From: Christensenella sp. UBA1685
GTDB lineage: Bacteria; Bacillota; Clostridia; Christensenellales; CAG-138
DNA: 64,000 nucleotides
Assembly (NCBI GenBank): GCA_002320595.1
Contig: DCKB01000059.1
Location: forward strand, 687 to 64,686
Direction of reading: 5' to 3'
A program made the position numbers and the translations under genes. A model generated the notes under the pieces. It was not told the DNA's origin and did no database searches. It was given only the letters and a program-made list of their open reading frames with translations. This document shows, in pieces, positions 35,972 through 44,704 of this stretch. Within the stretch, counting starts at the first letter, position 1. Every line of letters begins with the position of its first letter.

Positions 35972-36628
35972 ATGAACGATTTTACCCTTTCAGACATTTT
36001 CTCCATCACGCTCAACCCGCTGCAGGTGATCACGTCGCTCCTCATCGCGCTTCTGGTCGGCCTTTTCATCTTTTTCATTTATAAGAAGACGTTCGGCGGT
36101 GTGATGTATTCACGCAACTTCAACCTGAGCCTCATCATGCTTACGATGGTCACCTCGCTCATGCTCATGCTCATCAGCAACAGCCTTGCGGTTTCCATGG
36201 GCATGGTCGGCGCGCTTTCCATCATCCGCTTCCGCACGGCAGTGAAGGACCCGATCGACACCGTGTTCATGTTCTGGGCCGTGGGCGAGGGCATTGCCGT
36301 AGGCACGAAGTATTATGACATCGCCGTAATCGCAGCGCTTACCATCGGCGTGATCATGGTGGTGCTGACGGTGTTCAAGGGCAAGGCCAGCATGCCGTAC
36401 CTACTCATCCTCCATTATCACGAGGGTGCGGGCCAGCAGGTGCGCCAAATGGTGAAACAGCTGCCGAACGCGCGCATGAAATCCAAGACGGCACAGCGTG
36501 ACGGCATCGAGCTTACGATGGAACTGCGCCTCCGGGAAAACGAGACGGGCTTTGTGGAAAAGTTCCTGCGTGTGGACGGCGTGTATGATGCAACGCTCAT
36601 CTCCCATCAGGGGGATATCATATCCTAA
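35972..36628 (+). CDS. DUF4956-type membrane protein
   Basis: 218 aa. N-terminal TM helices and the GALSIIRFRTAVKDPIDTVFMFWAVGEGIAVG block characteristic of DUF4956. Confidence 0.8.
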   Translation: MNDFTLSDIFSITLNPLQVITSLLIALLVGLFIFFIYKKTFGGVMYSRNFNLSLIMLTMVTSLMLMLISNSLAVSMGMVGALSIIRFRTAVKDPIDTVFMFWAVGEGIAVGTKYYDIAVIAALTIGVIMVVLTVFKGKASMPYLLILHYHEGAGQQVRQMVKQLPNARMKSKTAQRDGIELTMELRLRENETGFVEKFLRVDGVYDATLISHQGDIIS

Positions 36629-36701
36629 AACAGCAAAAAAGCACCCCGCTGCAGGCGGGAACGGGCATCTGTCAATCACGTAAGGAGGGTTTCCCTGCGC
36701 C

Positions 36702-38435
36702 ATGCACCTTGTAAAGCGCTTCGTTTCTTACTATAAGCCGCACCGGAAGCTGTTTGCCATCGACATGGCCTGCGCGTTCATCGTTGCGGTGTGCGACCTG
36801 TTTTACCCGATCATCGCGGGAAACATCATCGACGATTATGTGCCAAACCAGGACCTCAGGCTGCTTCTGATCTGGTCCGGCGTGCTGCTCGGCATTTACC
36901 TTGTAAAGGCTGTGCTCAACTACGTCATCCAGTATTGGGGGCACATTGTGGGCGTGCGCATTCAGGGCGACATGCGGCGGGACATGTTCCGCCATATGCA
37001 GAAGCTGCCCTTTGCCTTCTTCGATGAAAACAAAACCGGCACGCTCCTTTCCCGCATGGTCAACGATCTGCAGGATGTTTCCGAGCTTGCGCACCACGGG
37101 CCGGAGGATCTGTTCCTTTCGCTCATCATGCTGGTGGGCTCCTTCATCATCCTCGCGGGTACGGACCTGCTGCTGACGGTTATCATCTTCGCGTTTTTGC
37201 CGGTGATGGTGTTCGTTGCATCCAAACTGCGCAAGGGGATGCAGGAAGCCTTCCGCGCCACGCGCGTGGAGGTGGGAGAAGTAAACGCCAACGTGGAAAC
37301 GGCCATTGCCGGCATGCGCGTTTCGCGCTCTTACACCGCCGCATCCCACGAAAACAGGAAGTTTGATACCGCGAATGAGCGCTTCAAGCTGGCGCGCGGC
37401 CGTGCTTACCGGGAAATGGGCAAGTTCCATTCCAGCATGACGCTCTTCAACGACCTGCTGTACCTGATCGTGCTTGTTGCGGGCGGCCTGTTCTTCTTTT
37501 ATGGGCGCATCAGCATCGGCGATTTTACCAAGTATATCCTGTTTATCACCATGTTTTTAAAGCCCATCAACCGGCTGGTGAACATATTTGAACAGCTTCA
37601 AAACGGCATGACGGGCTTCCAGCGCTTTGTGGAGATCATGGATCAGAAGGACGAAACGGATACCGGCACCATCGAGGCGGATGCGCTTCGCGGCAACATC
37701 GTGTTTGATCACGTCAGTTTCCGCTATGAAAACAGCGATGCCAGAGATGTGGAAAGCAAGGTCATCCATGACCTTTCCATGCGCATTGAGCCGGGGAAAA
37801 CGGTTGCGCTCGTCGGCCCTTCGGGCGGAGGAAAGACGACCATCTGCAACCTGATCCCGCGCTTTTATGAAGCGGATGAAGGCACGATTTCCATTGACGG
37901 TGTGGATATACGCGACCTGACGCGCGAATCGCTCCGCCGCAACATTGGCATCGTTGCACAGGACGTGTTTCTCTTCAACGGCAGCATCCGGGAGAACATC
38001 GCTTACGGTAACCTGGACGCAACGGATGAGGAGATCGTTGAGGCCGCCAAGAAGGCGCATATCCACGATTATATCATGACGCTTGATCACGGCTATGACA
38101 CCGGCGTCGGCGAACGCGGCGTGAAGCTTTCCGGCGGGCAGAAGCAGCGCATCTCCATCGCGCGCGTGTTTCTGAAGAACCCCTCCATCCTGATTCTGGA
38201 TGAAGCGACAAGCGCCCTTGACAATGCCACGGAGATGCTCATCCAGCAGGCGCTGAACGACCTTTCGCATGGCCGCACCTGCATCGTGGTGGCGCACCGG
38301 CTTTCCACCATCAAGAATGCGGATGAGATCATCGTCCTCACCAAGGATGGCATCACGGAGCGCGGCACGCACGAGGAGCTGATCGCCGCAGGCGGCATGT
38401 ACGCAAAGCTTTACCAGTACCAGTTCCGGGAATAA
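36702..38435 (+). CDS. ABC transporter permease/ATP-binding fusion (type I exporter)
   Basis: 577 aa. Six-TM N-terminal half; Walker A GPSGGGKTT, LSGGQKQRISIAR, ILILDEATSALD. Confidence 0.92.
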   Translation: MHLVKRFVSYYKPHRKLFAIDMACAFIVAVCDLFYPIIAGNIIDDYVPNQDLRLLLIWSGVLLGIYLVKAVLNYVIQYWGHIVGVRIQGDMRRDMFRHMQKLPFAFFDENKTGTLLSRMVNDLQDVSELAHHGPEDLFLSLIMLVGSFIILAGTDLLLTVIIFAFLPVMVFVASKLRKGMQEAFRATRVEVGEVNANVETAIAGMRVSRSYTAASHENRKFDTANERFKLARGRAYREMGKFHSSMTLFNDLLYLIVLVAGGLFFFYGRISIGDFTKYILFITMFLKPINRLVNIFEQLQNGMTGFQRFVEIMDQKDETDTGTIEADALRGNIVFDHVSFRYENSDARDVESKVIHDLSMRIEPGKTVALVGPSGGGKTTICNLIPRFYEADEGTISIDGVDIRDLTRESLRRNIGIVAQDVFLFNGSIRENIAYGNLDATDEEIVEAAKKAHIHDYIMTLDHGYDTGVGERGVKLSGGQKQRISIARVFLKNPSILILDEATSALDNATEMLIQQALNDLSHGRTCIVVAHRLSTIKNADEIIVLTKDGITERGTHEELIAAGGMYAKLYQYQFRE

Positions 38436-38449
38436 GGACGCAATCCTTC

Positions 38450-38474
38450 GGGCGGCAATATGCCGCCCTTTTTT
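38450..38474 (+). terminator. intrinsic terminator after the ABC exporter
   Basis: GGGCGGCA-ATA-TGCCGCCC followed by TTTTTT. Confidence 0.85.
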
Positions 38475-38508
38475 GACGGCCGGAAATGGGTCTTATCTCC
38501 GCAGGGAT

Positions 38509-38564
38509 ACGGCAATCCCCCGCAAAGGCTGCGCGGATTGCCCACAATTCGCAAAGGTCGTGCT
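38509..38564 (+). repeat. repeat family R1, copy a
   Basis: ACGGCAATCCCCCGCAAAGGCTGCGCGGATTGCCCACAATTCGCAAAGGTCGTGCT. Three mismatches over 56 nt versus 38766-38821. Confidence 0.9.
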
Positions 38565-38565
38565 A

Positions 38566-38672
38566 ATACGGCAATCCCCCGTCAGCGGCTCGCGCCGCTG
38601 CCACCCCCTTTCAGAAAGGGGGCTTTTGGCAAGCTGCAACCAAAAGGCTCCTTTTTGAAGGGAGCTGTCGAC
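38566..38672 (+). repeat. repeat family R2, copy a (~105 bp, multi-hairpin)
   Basis: ATACGGCAATCCCCCGTCAGCGGCT...GGGAGCTGTCGAC aligns end to end with the reverse complement of 50461-50566. Confidence 0.85.
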
Positions 38673-38678
38673 GCAGGC

Positions 38679-38750
38679 GACTGAAGATTGTCTTATTCCC
38701 GTCGGCACAGATTGCTTCGCACTGCGGACTGAGGATTGTCCTTATTCCCG
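38679..38750 (+). repeat. direct repeat of module GACTGARGATTGTCYTTATTCCCG (two copies)
   Basis: Copies at 38679-38701 and 38727-38750. A related module lies at 38491-38506 and, inverted, at 62593-62625. Confidence 0.8.
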
Positions 38751-38765
38751 CAATGGTCGCGGTTT

Positions 38766-38959
38766 ACGGCAATCCCCCGCAAAGGCCGCGCGTATTGCCC
38801 ACAATTCGCGAAGGTCGTGCTGCGTTGCCGCGGGAGCGGCTTCCTTGCCGGTTTCAGCCGGAAATTCGGGCCGGGAGACGGCCCGAACGACCTGCCTGCG
38901 GGCAGGCCATTGGGCTTTCGCCTCGCTGCATCCCGCACTGCTCTCGCTCGGCTCCGCCC
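38766..38959 (+). repeat. composite repeat element (R1 copy b + internal hairpin segment + 3' module)
   Basis: The 5' ~85 nt and 3' ~47 nt are near-identical to the reverse complement of 62420-62565. That copy lacks the ~70-nt internal segment. Confidence 0.9.
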
Positions 38960-39046
38960 CCCTTCCCTGCGCTGATTCGCTGGCGGAATTCAGGAAGCTG
39001 CCCTGCAAAGCAGCATGCCCGCGCCCACACCTGCATATGATTCGAT

Positions 39047-39667
39047 ATGATGAATTGGCTTTGGGGAATCATGCTCGTTATAGGGCTCATAGCATGCGTG
39101 GCAAGCGGAAACGCCGAAGGCGCGATGGATGCAATGCTCGCAGGCGCAGGAGAGGCGGTGACGCTTTCTCTTTCGCTTGCGGGCGCTTACATGCTTTGGA
39201 TGGGCTTAATGAATGTGGCGAAGGAAGCCGGGTTGATCGACGCGCTTGCACGTGCCGTGCGAAAGCCGCTTGCGCTCCTGTTCCCGCGTTCGCCCGGTGC
39301 GGTTGCGCCCGTTACGCTGAACCTTGCCGCGAACTTTTTCGGCATGGGCAGCGCCGCTACGCCCTTCGGTCTCGCCGCCATGAAAGAACTGCGCGCCGCT
39401 GCCGACCGGGACGGCGTGCCGGAAGGCACGGCTTCCGATGATATGTGCATGTTCCTTTCGCTTAACTCCTCCGCCGTGGAACTTTTGCCCACAAGCGTGC
39501 TTGCGCTGCGCGCTGCCGCGGGTTCGCTGGATGTTTACTGCGTGGTGCTGCCGACGTTCATCGCGTCGCTCCTTGCGTTTGCTTCTGCGGTGGCCCTGTG
39601 CAAACTGCTCTGCCGCCGCGCCCCGCAGCGCGGCCGCACCCGGCGGAAAGCTGGAGGGCGCGCATGA
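39047..39667 (+). CDS. spmA: spore maturation protein A (nucleoside-recognition domain)
   Basis: 206 aa. MNWLWGIMLVIG...AGAYMLWMGLMNVAKEAGL is typical of SpmA. Confidence 0.85.
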   Translation: MMNWLWGIMLVIGLIACVASGNAEGAMDAMLAGAGEAVTLSLSLAGAYMLWMGLMNVAKEAGLIDALARAVRKPLALLFPRSPGAVAPVTLNLAANFFGMGSAATPFGLAAMKELRAAADRDGVPEGTASDDMCMFLSLNSSAVELLPTSVLALRAAAGSLDVYCVVLPTFIASLLAFASAVALCKLLCRRAPQRGRTRRKAGGRA

Positions 39668-40170
39668 GCTATGTGATGCCTGCGCTGATCCTGCTGCTGC
39701 TGGGCTATGCGCTCTGCAAGCGCGTGAACGTCTACGATGCCTTTACCCGCGGCGCACAGGAGGCGCTGCCGCTTCTCGTGCAAGTGCTTCCGTTTATGGC
39801 GGCTATGCTGATTGCGATGAATCTGTTCCGTTCCTCCGGTGCGCTCTCCGTGCTCATTTCCTGGATTGAGCCGCTTCTCCACCGCCTTGGCCTTCCCGCA
39901 GAACTCGTTCCGCTTTTGGTGCTCAGGCCGTTTTCCGGCAGTGCGGCGCTTGCGCTTTTGCAGGATGTGTTTGACAATCATGGCGTTGACAGTTTTCTTG
40001 GCCTTGCTGCAAGCCTGATGCTCGGTTCCACAGAAACCATTTTTTATACCGTGGCGCTTTATTTTGGCTCCGTCGGCGTCCGTAAAACCCGCGCAACCGT
40101 CGCAGTGGCCCTGCTTTCCGGCATCGTAGGCGCAGCGGCAGCCATCCTTTTTGCGCAGGCGATGCAGTGA
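39664..40170 (+). CDS. spmB: spore maturation protein B
   Basis: Start at MSYVMPALILL, overlapping the spmA stop (ATGA). Paired with spmA. Confidence 0.85.
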   Translation: MSYVMPALILLLLGYALCKRVNVYDAFTRGAQEALPLLVQVLPFMAAMLIAMNLFRSSGALSVLISWIEPLLHRLGLPAELVPLLVLRPFSGSAALALLQDVFDNHGVDSFLGLAASLMLGSTETIFYTVALYFGSVGVRKTRATVAVALLSGIVGAAAAILFAQAMQ

Positions 40171-40274
40171 CGGAAGCGGTTGCGCCCTTTTTTGCGCACC
40201 TTCGATTGCAAATGCAGGGCAAATTTGCTACAATAAAATATCGGTGGGTTTTTGCCAACCGAGGGAGGAATCAT

Positions 40275-40988
40275 ATGCGAATCGATATAGTTCCCGTATA
40301 TGGGAAAATGATAAGCAGCCATATTTCAGGCAGCACGGTCATTGTTGTGGACGTGCTCCGTTCCACAAGCTGCATCACCATGGCGGTGAAGAACGGCGCG
40401 GAACGCGTGATCCCTGCGGTCGATCCCGGCGAAGCGGCATCCATTGCGGGCCGCCTCGGCATCCGGGACTGCGTGCTTGCCGGGGAACGCGGCGGCATTA
40501 AGCTGCCGGATTTTAACTTGGGCAATTCCCCCGCGGAATATTCCGCGGAAAATGTGCAGGGCAAAACGGTGGTGATCAGCACTTCCAACGGCACGGCTGC
40601 CATCCACGGCTCTTCTGCGGCGAAGGATGTGCTTATCGGCGCAATGATTAACCGCACGGCAGTCGCCAAACGCGCGCTTGCGCTCGGCGACGATATCCTG
40701 ATCGTTTGCGCCGGCACGGACGGAGCGATTTCCGCCGATGACCTGATTGCCGCAGGCGCAATCGCAGATGCGGTATGCCGCCATGCGGCCGGCCCCGTTG
40801 AAGCCACAGACATTACAAAGGTGTGCTGCATGCTGTATGCCGACTGGCAGGAGGGCCGGGCGGATCTTTCCGCAACGTTCCACTATGCCCGTTTGGTGCG
40901 CCTTGGATTCACGGATGACGTCCGCTTCTGCTTTACGCCGGATGTGACGGATGTTGTGCCCGTTTATGAAAACGGCATTATCCGCTGA
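40275..40988 (+). CDS. 2-phosphosulfolactate phosphatase family protein (ComB-like)
   Basis: Start at MRIDIVP after GGAGG. VIVVDVLRSTS and GERGGIKLPDFNLGNSP motifs. Confidence 0.8.
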   Translation: MRIDIVPVYGKMISSHISGSTVIVVDVLRSTSCITMAVKNGAERVIPAVDPGEAASIAGRLGIRDCVLAGERGGIKLPDFNLGNSPAEYSAENVQGKTVVISTSNGTAAIHGSSAAKDVLIGAMINRTAVAKRALALGDDILIVCAGTDGAISADDLIAAGAIADAVCRHAAGPVEATDITKVCCMLYADWQEGRADLSATFHYARLVRLGFTDDVRFCFTPDVTDVVPVYENGIIR

Positions 40989-41028
40989 ACCGTGGTGCGG
41001 CAGCGCGCACATTGCTGTGTTCCAAACC

Positions 41029-41061
41029 ATCGGCCGCATCTTTCGGGAGCGGCCGATTTTG
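41029..41061 (+). terminator. intrinsic terminator after the ComB-like gene
   Basis: ATCGGCCGC-N11-GCGGCCGAT followed by TTTTG. Confidence 0.7.
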
Positions 41062-41179
41062 TTGTTTGTTTACAAACTGTCTCTTTACAAAAACGGGAAC
41101 CTGCTGTACTGTTTCTAAGTACAATACTCAAATGGGTCTGGCGGGATCCCGCTGTGCCATAAAAGAACGGAGGTACGTT

Positions 41180-42526
41180 ATGAAAAAGATATTCGCGCTG
41201 TCGGCGGCGCTGCTGCTTTGCGCAGCGCTTGCGGCCGGATGCGCAGTGGGCAGCAACGGAGGCCTCGCGCCTTCCGAAAGCCCGGTTCAAATTCCGAATC
41301 CGGTAACGGAGGTGGAAAGCGCGGAAGCGTTTGCGGATCTTGGCGTTTCCATTGATGCGCCGCAAAATGCCGGGGATGTTTCCTATTCCATCATCGGCGG
41401 TACAGTCGCTCAGGTGGATTTCACGCTGGATGGCCATGCGTATACCTACCGTGCCGCAAAGGGCGAGGAGGATATTTCCGGCGTATACGAAACGTTTGCG
41501 GAGGAAGCGCTCAGCGTCAACTGGGAATTTGAGGCCAAGGGCGTTTCTGCCGACATTAAAACGGCGGAAGGAGGCGGCCGCCTCGCTACATGGTATGAAG
41601 CGGGCGCAACCTATTCCCTTTGGACGGCGGATGGCGTGAGCGATGACGCAATGTCCTCGCTTGTGCTGAAACTCGTGGTGCAGCAGGGGCTTGCGGATGC
41701 AGAGCGCGAACCGTTCAAGCCCATCGATTTCCTTGCGGACGGAAAATGTGAGGCAGACCTTGACGGGGACGGCGTTCCCGAAACGGTCACGCTCGTTACC
41801 ACCACGGATGAATACGATTGGATGCGCAATACCATCACCGTTACTGCGGCGGATGGAACCGTGCATGAGCTTCACGTTGGCGAAGAGGAGTGGCTTACAG
41901 AGATCCAGATTGTAACCGCCCTGCAGGTGATCGATCTCGACCCAAACGACGGGCTTTCGGAGATTGTGCTTTCCGGCGATTATTGCTCCGCCGATTACGC
42001 AACGCTCATCTGCCGTTTTGACGGAACGCAGATCGTGCTTTCGCGCTATGAGGAGCCGCGCGACGGCGGAAACTACAGCGGGCTGCGCGGCGCGTTCCAG
42101 GGTGTGGATGAAGATGGCGTTGTCACCGTGGCGGATCACATCGATGTGCTCGGCACATGGTGGGGCGCGCGGCGCTACACGCTTACAGGCGACGGGGCGT
42201 TCACGTTCATTCCCGTTCAGGGTGAGCTTTGGCAGCGCACGATTGATAATCTGGACGATCCGGAAAACTGGACGGGCGAGTATGGCCCTGCTCTTGAGAC
42301 AAAGGCGGAGCTTCCCGTAACGTTGGATGGAAGCGGTGAAACCACGCTGCCCGTTGGCACAAAGCTCATCATTACCGCAAGCGATGAAACCTCCACCGCA
42401 CGCTTTGCGCTGCAGGATGGCCGCACCGGTTCCATTGCGTTCACACGCAATGCAGACGAATGGGTTGCGCGCATCAACGGCGTGGAGGAATCGGAGTATT
42501 TTGTAACTGTACCCTATGCGGGCTAA
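41180..42526 (+). CDS. lipoprotein of unknown function
   Basis: Start at MKKIFALSAALLLCAALAAGC (signal peptide plus lipobox-like AAGC). Contains a DLDGDGVPE Ca-binding/FG-GAP-like motif. No family recognised. Confidence 0.75.
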   Translation: MKKIFALSAALLLCAALAAGCAVGSNGGLAPSESPVQIPNPVTEVESAEAFADLGVSIDAPQNAGDVSYSIIGGTVAQVDFTLDGHAYTYRAAKGEEDISGVYETFAEEALSVNWEFEAKGVSADIKTAEGGGRLATWYEAGATYSLWTADGVSDDAMSSLVLKLVVQQGLADAEREPFKPIDFLADGKCEADLDGDGVPETVTLVTTTDEYDWMRNTITVTAADGTVHELHVGEEEWLTEIQIVTALQVIDLDPNDGLSEIVLSGDYCSADYATLICRFDGTQIVLSRYEEPRDGGNYSGLRGAFQGVDEDGVVTVADHIDVLGTWWGARRYTLTGDGAFTFIPVQGELWQRTIDNLDDPENWTGEYGPALETKAELPVTLDGSGETTLPVGTKLIITASDETSTARFALQDGRTGSIAFTRNADEWVARINGVEESEYFVTVPYAG

Positions 42527-42542
42527 GCGGAATAACGCGCAC

Positions 42543-42570
42543 AAAGGAGCGGCCTTTTGGCCGCTCCTTT
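42543..42570. repeat. 28-bp palindrome AAAGGAGCGGCC-TTTT-GGCCGCTCCTTT (also the likely terminator of 41180..42526)
   Basis: 12-bp perfect arms. The same palindrome, with a complementary loop, recurs at 42769-42796. Confidence 0.85.
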
Positions 42571-42577
42571 GTCGCTG

Positions 42578-42606
42578 TCGATCAAGTGGCGCTGCCACTT
42601 GATCGA
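42578..42606. repeat. hairpin family H copy 3 (co-varying arms)
   Basis: TCGATCAAGTGGC-GCT-GCCACTTGATCGA. Relative to copies 1 and 2, AA>TC in the left arm is matched by TT>GA in the right arm. Confidence 0.85.
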
Positions 42607-42768
42607 GGGTTTCACATCGCGCTTGCGCCGGTGGCGCGGCCAGCGCTCTGTGCAAAGAAAGCCTTGCGCGGCAAGGCTTTTCGCTCGCACGGCACCTGTC
42701 GCTGCTCGCGATTGCAAGTCAAGGGCTGCAGCCCTTGACAATCCCGGAGAGACTTTTTCGACAGGCTG

Positions 42769-42796
42769 AAAGGAGCGGCCAAAAGGCCGCTCCTTT
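42769..42796. repeat. 28-bp palindrome AAAGGAGCGGCC-AAAA-GGCCGCTCCTTT
   Basis: Inverted copy of 42543-42570. Confidence 0.85.
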
Positions 42797-42895
42797 CAAA
42801 TGCGGGCTTGTGATTTTCCCCGCAATCCACTACAATAAGGCCGTGACACCAATCGAGCGGCACAATTTCAACCAGATTTCAAGGAGAATACCGCA

Positions 42896-44236
42896 ATGCT
42901 TGACCTGATCCTGAAAAACGGCCTGGTTTGTGACCCGGCAAACAGCATCCAAAGCATCCTGAATGTGGGCATCCGAAACGGTCGTATCGCATGCCTTACG
43001 AGCGAATCGTTTCCCGCTGCTGCGGAAATCGACTGCGCTGGGCACATCGTGTCCCCCGGCTTTGTGGATGCGCATTCCCATGAGGACGACCTGCGCGCGG
43101 GGCATATCGAGGCCGACATTACGCTGCGGGCACTCCGCCAGGGCGTTACCACGCTTGTGGCCGGCAACTGCGGCGATGCGCCGCGCGATCTGCCCGCCTA
43201 CTGCGCAGCCTATGACGGAAAGCAACCCGTTAACATGGCCCTGCTTGCCGGGCATACGACAATTCGCAGGCTTTGCGGCGCGCGAAACAAGTATGCTCCC
43301 GTGGACGAAGCGACCCTTGCCGCCATGTGCGAAACATTGGAACGGCAGCTAACCGAAGGGGCGAAGGGCCTTTCCATGGGCATACGCTATGAGCCCGGCA
43401 TGACGCTTGGCGAAATGTGCGCCATGGCGGCGGTTGTAAAGCGTTTTGGCGGCGTTCTTGCCGCCCATGTGCGCGGGGATGCGTTTGAAATTTATGACGC
43501 GATTGAAGAATTTCTTGAAATTGGCCGTCGCACGGGCGTTCGGCTGCAAATTTCCCACATCGGCAGCATGGCGGCTTACGGCCAGATGGCGGAGGTGCTT
43601 TCCTATGTGGATCGCCGCGCCGCAGCAGAAGGCCTTGACGTAAGGATCGACTGCTACCCGTATGATGCGTTCTGCACAAGCATCGGTGCAACGACGTATG
43701 ACGATGGCTTTTTGGATCGCTACCATGATGTAACGCGCATCGAACTGACCGATGGCGAATACAAAGGCTTCATCCCGAACATGGAGGTGTTTGAGAAGGC
43801 GCGCCGGGAGCACCCGGAATACCTGACCATCGCCCATGTGATGAACGGCGCCGAGGTAGATATGGCGCTTACGCATCCGCGCACCATGCTTGGCAGCGAC
43901 GGCGTTCTGCTTAACGGTGCGGGCCACCCGCGTGCGGCGGGCGCGTTTGCCCGCTTCCTTGCACAATATGTATTTGAACGCAAGCTGCTTTCGCTGAACG
44001 AAGGCATTGCAAAGACCACGTGTGAAGCTGCGACGCGCTTCGGCCTTGACCGCGGCACGCTTGGCATAGGGCGCGCGGCGGATGTAACCGTGTTTGACCC
44101 GAAGCGTTTGAAGGACAAAGCCACCTTTGCCGAACCCGCCCTCCCGCCCGAGGGCGTGCGGCTGGTGCTGCTCGGCGGCGTAATCGCGCTGCAGGATGGG
44201 GAAGTGCTCCGCACGGATTTGGGAAAAATCCTTTGA
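42896..44236 (+). CDS. N-acyl-D-amino-acid deacylase (D-aminoacylase) family amidohydrolase
   Basis: 446 aa. GFVDAHSHED metal-binding motif; overall D-aminoacylase-like sequence (LQISHIGS, DCYPY). Confidence 0.85.
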   Translation: MLDLILKNGLVCDPANSIQSILNVGIRNGRIACLTSESFPAAAEIDCAGHIVSPGFVDAHSHEDDLRAGHIEADITLRALRQGVTTLVAGNCGDAPRDLPAYCAAYDGKQPVNMALLAGHTTIRRLCGARNKYAPVDEATLAAMCETLERQLTEGAKGLSMGIRYEPGMTLGEMCAMAAVVKRFGGVLAAHVRGDAFEIYDAIEEFLEIGRRTGVRLQISHIGSMAAYGQMAEVLSYVDRRAAAEGLDVRIDCYPYDAFCTSIGATTYDDGFLDRYHDVTRIELTDGEYKGFIPNMEVFEKARREHPEYLTIAHVMNGAEVDMALTHPRTMLGSDGVLLNGAGHPRAAGAFARFLAQYVFERKLLSLNEGIAKTTCEAATRFGLDRGTLGIGRAADVTVFDPKRLKDKATFAEPALPPEGVRLVLLGGVIALQDGEVLRTDLGKIL

Positions 44237-44316
44237 TGCTTGAGGCACGGGACCCTCCCCGCAGCTTTTATGGCCGCACGAAAGGCGCAAGCGGCACAGG
44301 AACCCTCTCAAAAAGC

Positions 44317-44359
44317 AACGCTCTGGCGGGGCGGCCATTGGCCGCCCCGCCAGAGCGTT
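44317..44359. terminator. 19-bp perfect-stem hairpin after the D-aminoacylase gene
   Basis: AACGCTCTGGCGGGGCGGC-CATTG-GCCGCCCCGCCAGAGCGTT. No T-run follows. Confidence 0.55.
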
Positions 44360-44368
44360 ACGGCACAG

Positions 44369-44400
44369 TTTCTCTTATCTTATTATTTCTCTTATCTTAT
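44369..44400 (+). repeat. tandem repeat, 15-nt unit TTTCTCTTATCTTAT x2 (17-nt period)
   Basis: Units at 44369-44383 and 44386-44400, identical. Confidence 0.85.
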
Positions 44401-44704
44401 GATTGGTTGATGGCGGAGTCGCAGAACAAAAAACGATGGATATGAGGAATAAACAAAAAGGCGGATATGATGTGCTTATGGACCATATAACAGTCACGGC
44501 CGAAATGGCGGAACACATCACGCGCAACCTTTAAAAAGAGGCCGCTTCCCCAAAAAGGTGCTGCACGGGCACATGCGCTGGGTGCAGGCTTTGCTGCATG
44601 TGCTGCTGTGGCGATCCTTTGCATCGCGCTGCTGCCCATACTGCAGGCCCCGGACGATCATCCCGGGTCACTCGTGGAATGCCTTTGAGATTATTGTTGA
44701 ACGT

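Noticed and set aside
38491-38962. Possible CRISPR array, given the repeated ~56-nt and ~24-nt units.
   Set aside because: There are only two copies of each unit, the spacing is irregular and the copies are imperfect. The repeats recur inverted at distant loci, and there are no cas genes in the window.
38460-39441. ORFs running through the repeat array (for example 38460..38684, 38753..39040, 38845..39441), raising the possibility of a repetitive Pro/Arg-rich protein.
   Set aside because: The same DNA modules occur elsewhere in both orientations and in different frames. They are dominated by perfect hairpins, and no RBS or family signal is present. The apparent protein repeats are a by-product of DNA repeats.
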